A DNA stretch of 64,000 nt from Amoebidium appalachense (lineage: Eukaryota > Protista > Ichthyosporea). Under the pieces are notes generated by a model that was not told the origin of the DNA, searched no databases, and saw only the letters and a program-made list of their open reading frames with translations. Positions 58,705 to 64,000 of the stretch are shown here, piece after piece (within the stretch, counting starts at the first letter, position 1; every line of letters starts with the position of its first letter). Location: positions 1,488,001-1,552,000 of the forward strand of contig CAVNZM010000012.1 in assembly GCA_963693365.1 (NCBI GenBank), in the 5' to 3' direction. Made by a program: the position numbers and the translations under genes.

Positions 58705-59250
58705 AATGGTAGCTTCCTGTTGACGTTTTTGAGATCCTTCTAGGACGATAGGATAGAGTCATCATTTTTTTAGTCCTTCTAATATAAATAGTTTTACCGT
58801 CTTTTTAGGATGGTTTTTTAAGGAGTAAAAAGGGTCTCTCTATTAGCCAGACACAAAGGTGTATAGAATTTTTTTAGAGGCTTCGCTGTCAGAAATTCGC
58901 TAATCGTTAATTTAAAATTTTGTTAGAAGAGTTCTTTTTTTTAAGTGTATTAAAAGTTAGTTGATTTGCCTGCATCCGTGATGCACACTTCTACATCTGT
59001 ATTAATCGGCAATAAACGAAAAAAGATAAGAGAAAATGTCCGCCCTGCCCTCAAGCCCCCCCCCCCTCCCCCATCCTACACACACACATGCGCGGACACA
59101 CTTGACACCCACAGAAACACAAGATCCTGCAATATTCCGAAACAAGGGAATGCCCCCCCTCCCCCCCCCCTCCTCCCCCCCCTCCCCCTCCCCAACACCA
59201 CCACCACACCACTCCCCCCCCATCCCCCCACACAAACAGTCACACACATG

Positions 59251-59336
<86 letters not shown>

Positions 59337-59349
59337 CACATGCACACAC

Positions 59350-59463
59350 ACAAGCACCGCACAAGCATACACGGCATTCGCACACACACGTAGACACGTA
59401 CAGAAAGAAACATATGCACATTTCGCACATTCATCGTGCACAGCCAAAAACAACGCACACAAA

Positions 59464-59505
<42 letters not shown>

Positions 59506-59568
59506 TACACATACACACTCACTCCCCCAAACACACTAACACACATGCACGCGCGTGCGCGCGCACAC

Positions 59569-59664
<96 letters not shown>

Positions 59665-59880
59665 GCACACACACAAGCACACACACAAGCACGGCATACG
59701 CACACAGGTGTAGACACGTACAGAAAGAAACATGCACATTTCGCACATTCGTCTTGCACAGCTAAAACAATGCACACAAACACACACACACACTCCTATA
59801 CACATACACACACACACACAAACGCACTAACACACATGCTCACAGGCGCGTGCACGCGCGTGCGCGCGCGCACACATACA
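59350..59880. repeat. Degenerate two-unit tandem duplication (~320-bp period) embedded in (CA)n
   Basis: GTAGACACGTACAGAAAGAAACAT..GCACATTTCGCACATTC.TC.TGCACAGC at about 59390 and 59710. Confidence 0.8.
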
Positions 59881-61407
59881 CACACATACATACATACACA
59901 GACAGACATGTGCAAAGGGAAACACACACACACTGCACGTGCTGTCGTTAAAATGTGGGTGTGAGCGTGCAGCCATTTAGTCATAACGAATACACCCCTG
60001 CCTGCTGTGGGCCAACTAGAGAACGGAACAAAGGGGGGGAGGGGGGGAGGGGGAAAGGAGTTTTGGGGGGGGGGGGGGGGGGGGAGGGGGGGAGGGGGGG
60101 GGTGTTAATGCATCAGTAGTACAGAGACCATTGAAACGAGAGTTTAACCGTTAAAAGGGGGAGTTCTTCTATGTATGACTAAAGGGGGGGGGGGGGGGGG
60201 GGGTGGAATGGTTTGTTTTGGGAAAAAAAAAAAAAAAGAATGCAGGAAAGAAAGGAAAGGCTGGGGGGGGGCGGGGGGGGAAGAGGCCCGGGGGGAGAGG
60301 ACGGATTTCGCCTGAGATTATTTGTGCACTAGCTTGCCGAACGGGCCTAGAGTCGAGGGGCGGAGCGGGGGGAGGGGAGGCAGAGAGAGAGAGAGATAGC
60401 GAGAGGGAGGGGGGAGGGGGGGGGGGGGGGGGGGGGGGGAGGATCACCGATCGGAGAACGAGAGAGCTGAAGGTGAAACCTTCCAATCCCCCCCTTCCCT
60501 CCCCCTCCCCCCTCCCCTGCAAGTGGCATAGAGTCAATATCATGTCATTTTTTACATATATTCGCATCCCTGTTCAATAATATTCTTCATATTTCATGCA
60601 TATTTATAGCTAGCACGGTGACCCATTCATTGGCAGGGCCTAATCGAAGACATAAAACATTATGAGAAACCTCCCCTAGACCCAGTTTCCTGACTGAGCC
60701 CTTCCTGTCCTTCATTCACCAAGGGCATCCATCAGCTCCAACCCCCCCCCCCCCCTTCCCTTCCGCGGCCGCTTGCTCCCCTCAGCATTCCTCAAGAACG
60801 AGTGTTTAATTGTTTAGGGGGGCCGCCAGTTGATTTCCGTTGGATGTATAAAACATGCTAAAACGGAACAATAACTATGTTAGGGTGTAATTAATCAGAT
60901 CATGGCCCGAGTCTAAAGATTAACAACATCGACACTTTAGAAAAGCAGGGGGAAACAAGCAAAACTCCAAAGTTACACAGTAATTAAAAAAACCTAATGG
61001 GAGTCTTCTAGTGCAACAGTTTCCTGGTGCAAACATTTCCTCCGAACCCCCCCCCCCCCCGGTCCTCTCGGCACATATCTTTTCTGATTAGGCGGGGGGG
61101 TTGTAACACCACCACCACCACCTCACGTTTTATATTATTTATCCCGTTTCATTCCCGGGCGAGGCACTGCCTCAGGGGAGCTTACCGTCTTCCGCCCAGA
61201 CACCAATCGTACTATAGCGCATCTATATGTCAGGATTCTAAATCGACCCCAATTGGCATTATCTTTCGTTACGCCTTATCCCACGGTTCTAGCCGCAGCA
61301 ACACCACCACCTCACTGGCCCCCTCCCCTTCCCCCCTTCCTTTCCTCCCCCCTCCCCCCCCCCCCCCCACACACACACACACACACCCCACCCCCCCCCC
61401 CCCCCCA

Positions 61408-61439
<32 letters not shown>

Positions 61440-61683
61440 GAAAAGCCCGCGCACACATGCACACATGCACACATGCCCACAGCGCAACCATGCACCCACC
61501 AACCCCAGAGGGTCGTCAGCTTGTCGTTGGCTCTTTCAACCCGTCCTTTTCCACACACTACATACCAGAGTCGTCGTTCTGACCTGACCTAGTCACTCTT
61601 TTTCTATTTCCCGGCCATCCCTTCCCCCTCCCCCCTCCCCCCCTCCCCCCCTTACCTCCCGCGGCCCGCCCCTCCCACCACTT

Positions 61684-61749
<66 letters not shown>

Positions 61750-61907
61750 CCGCCGCCGCCCGCCCGCCCTGTTCCCACGAAAAACCTTGGGTCCTTCCCC
61801 CAGCCCCGGCCACCTCCATCATCACGTGACTGAACGTCAGCTCTATGATCTTTCTTGAGTTCAATTTTTCTTTTCTTTTTTTTTTTTTGGTGTACGTGTG
61901 TGTGTGT

Positions 61908-61966
<59 letters not shown>

Positions 61967-62446
61967 TTTAAAGACTTTGCTTGTCCTATATCACCGCCTT
62001 CGGGCGTGTACCGGCTCCCCGGGCCGGGCAGGAATCTACTTGTAACACAGCTGCAGGTTTCCAACCCAACCCATTTTCCCGTGTAGATGTCATTCGACCA
62101 GGCGCCATGAAGCGGCTTTAAGTCTTTCAGACTGAGGGGAGTATTTTCCGGACAGTGTGTGGGTCCAAGCGTGTGTGCGTGTGTGCGCGTGTGTGTGTGC
62201 ATGTGTGTGTGTGTGCATGTGTGCGTGCGTGCGTGTGTGCGTGTGTGCGTGTGTGTGTGTGTTTGTGTTTGTGTTTGTGTGTGCGTGTGTGCGCGCCCGC
62301 GCGCGCGCGTGTGTACATGTGTGTGTGTGTGCGTGTGTGTGCGTGTGTGCGTGTGTGCTCTTGTGCGTTCGTGCACGTACGTGTGTGCGTGCGTGCACGC
62401 GCGCTGCTAGCGTGTGCGGGCGTGTGCGGGCGTGTGCGTGTGCGTG

Positions 62447-62608
<162 letters not shown>

Positions 62609-62638
62609 TGTGCATGCGCTTGTACCAACCTCGATTCC

Positions 62639-62684
62639 CTTCGAGTGTCTCTTCGAGCGCCTCTTCGAGCGTCTCTTCGAGCGT
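62639..62684. repeat. 12-bp tandem repeat (CTCTTCGAGCGT) x about 4
   Basis: Directly visible in the sequence. Confidence 0.85.
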
Positions 62685-63320
62685 ATGTATACATGTAAGC
62701 ACTTGGGTGCGAGAGGACGCCCCTGCATACAGTGTAGTCAGTGGGGCGTCATCGACTCATCGCTCGCATACGCACGGCCATCTGGAAACTCTGTGTGGTT
62801 AATTACCACGGCCATCTAGAAACACCAGATGGCCGTGGTGGTTACGTAATCGTGGACTCATTAGCCAAATATGGTCCATATTTACCAAATTCGGTAATTC
62901 TGCAAGCTCTTCGTGACTTGGCCGAGTGTGTACACGAGCCTCCGCCGGCAGGCGCCGGCGGGCCGCGCATAGGGGGGCCGTGATTCACACGGTGCAAGGG
63001 TGTCATGGACAGCTGTCATTCATAATTTGTTTTTAGTTTTTGGTTCCACTTTCTCAAGAGACACGCCTCTTTTCAGGGTAGAATAAGGCCAAGCTGAAGG
63101 GAAAAATCCACCGTTTTAGAGTTTTATGAGCTACGAGTCGTCCATCGTGACCACCGGCCCACGCTTTCCCCCATTGGAGGCGTAGTATGTACATATAGGT
63201 ACGTAGCCGTGAAAAGAGGAAATTTCAAAAAGGAATAATATGTGCCAATATGACGCTACTGTAAAATAATCGTTCTCCACATGATGGTACCCGGACATAT
63301 GTGGAGGTACCTAAATATTC

Positions 63321-63677
63321 AATGCCGAAGGACGTCGACTGGCCAATCAGCAACTACTAGGCCACCACATCAATCTATTTGTGCTCGTGTATCTGGTCAC
63401 GTGGTTTCCCTATGTTCTTTTTACCCTCCTCTCTCTGCCAATGAGCCATATTAAGGTGCCCGGTTGGCTTGGACCCCTTCAGTCTGCGTGTGCAAGTCTG
63501 TCGGGTGTGTTGAATGCGGCGGTGTATTGGGTGTTTCTCACACTGCCCTCGGAGCAAAATAGTGGTGGGGGGTTCTCACGTTGTGCAAAGCTACGGGTGC
63601 TGGTGCGAAAGATTCTGTGTGTGCCGCAAAGCGATGACCAGCCTGCGTTAACTACTGCAACAACACATGGTTCATAA
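63321..63677 (+). pseudogene. 7TM GPCR copy 6, orphan 5'-truncated terminal exon
   Basis: AEGRRLANQQLLGHHINLFVLVYLVTWFP...[10 protein letters not shown]...PSEQNSGGGFSRCAKLRVLVRKILCVPQ. In-frame TAA at 63312-63314; no TM1-5 exons seen between 58704 and 63320. Confidence 0.75.
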
Positions 63678-64000
63678 ATTCAGTGTATCTTAATAAGCAA
63701 ACTCTGCCCCCTCCGACCCCCCCCCCACCAGCCCATCCCTACCCCTCTCCCTCCCAAAAAATAAAAAGACAGGAGAAGGTTCAAAGCGAAGGCAGTCATA
63801 TGTGTGTGTATATATAGTAGATGGTTTGGATGATACGGTCTATATTTTGGGAAATCAAATGAGACTACTATCCCTCGTGTGCATGCATGGCTCACTGCGT
63901 TTTCCAGCACCGTGCCACCCGACTTCATAGGTAAGGGGCGCAGCAGGCGCACCTGGTGCGTGTAGATAAAGATTGTTTGGAATACCACTAAACGTGCGAT

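Overview
Eukaryotic, intron-rich genomic DNA. Introns and intergenic spacers are saturated with poly-C/poly-G and (CA)n/(GT)n tracts, so almost every ORF in the supplied track is spurious. Splicing by eye gives: (i) six copies of a cAMP-receptor-like (Dicty_CAR/GCR1/Git3-type) 7TM GPCR, of which one has intact recognisable exons, one is cut by the window edge, three are damaged and one is an orphan last exon; (ii) a 7-exon secreted S8 subtilisin with a Thr-rich linker and a small Cys-rich C-terminal module; (iii) an intact 11-exon TFIIH p34 (GTF2H3/TFB4) gene with a probable U12-type minor intron and an 8-unit tandem array of its own 3' splice site; (iv) a 9-exon GH29 alpha-L-fucosidase-like gene with a remodelled fucose pocket and one +1 frameshift, whose introns carry a Tourist/PIF MITE and two TTAA-flanked elements with asymmetric ends; (v) an FAD glycerol-3-phosphate dehydrogenase with an intronless CDS and bacterial-type motifs (HGT candidate). 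Gene content and animal-like intron positions suggest an opisthokont, perhaps a unicellular holozoan (inference only). No CRISPR, rRNA or tRNA was seen. All family assignments come from motif recognition and recall, not database searches.
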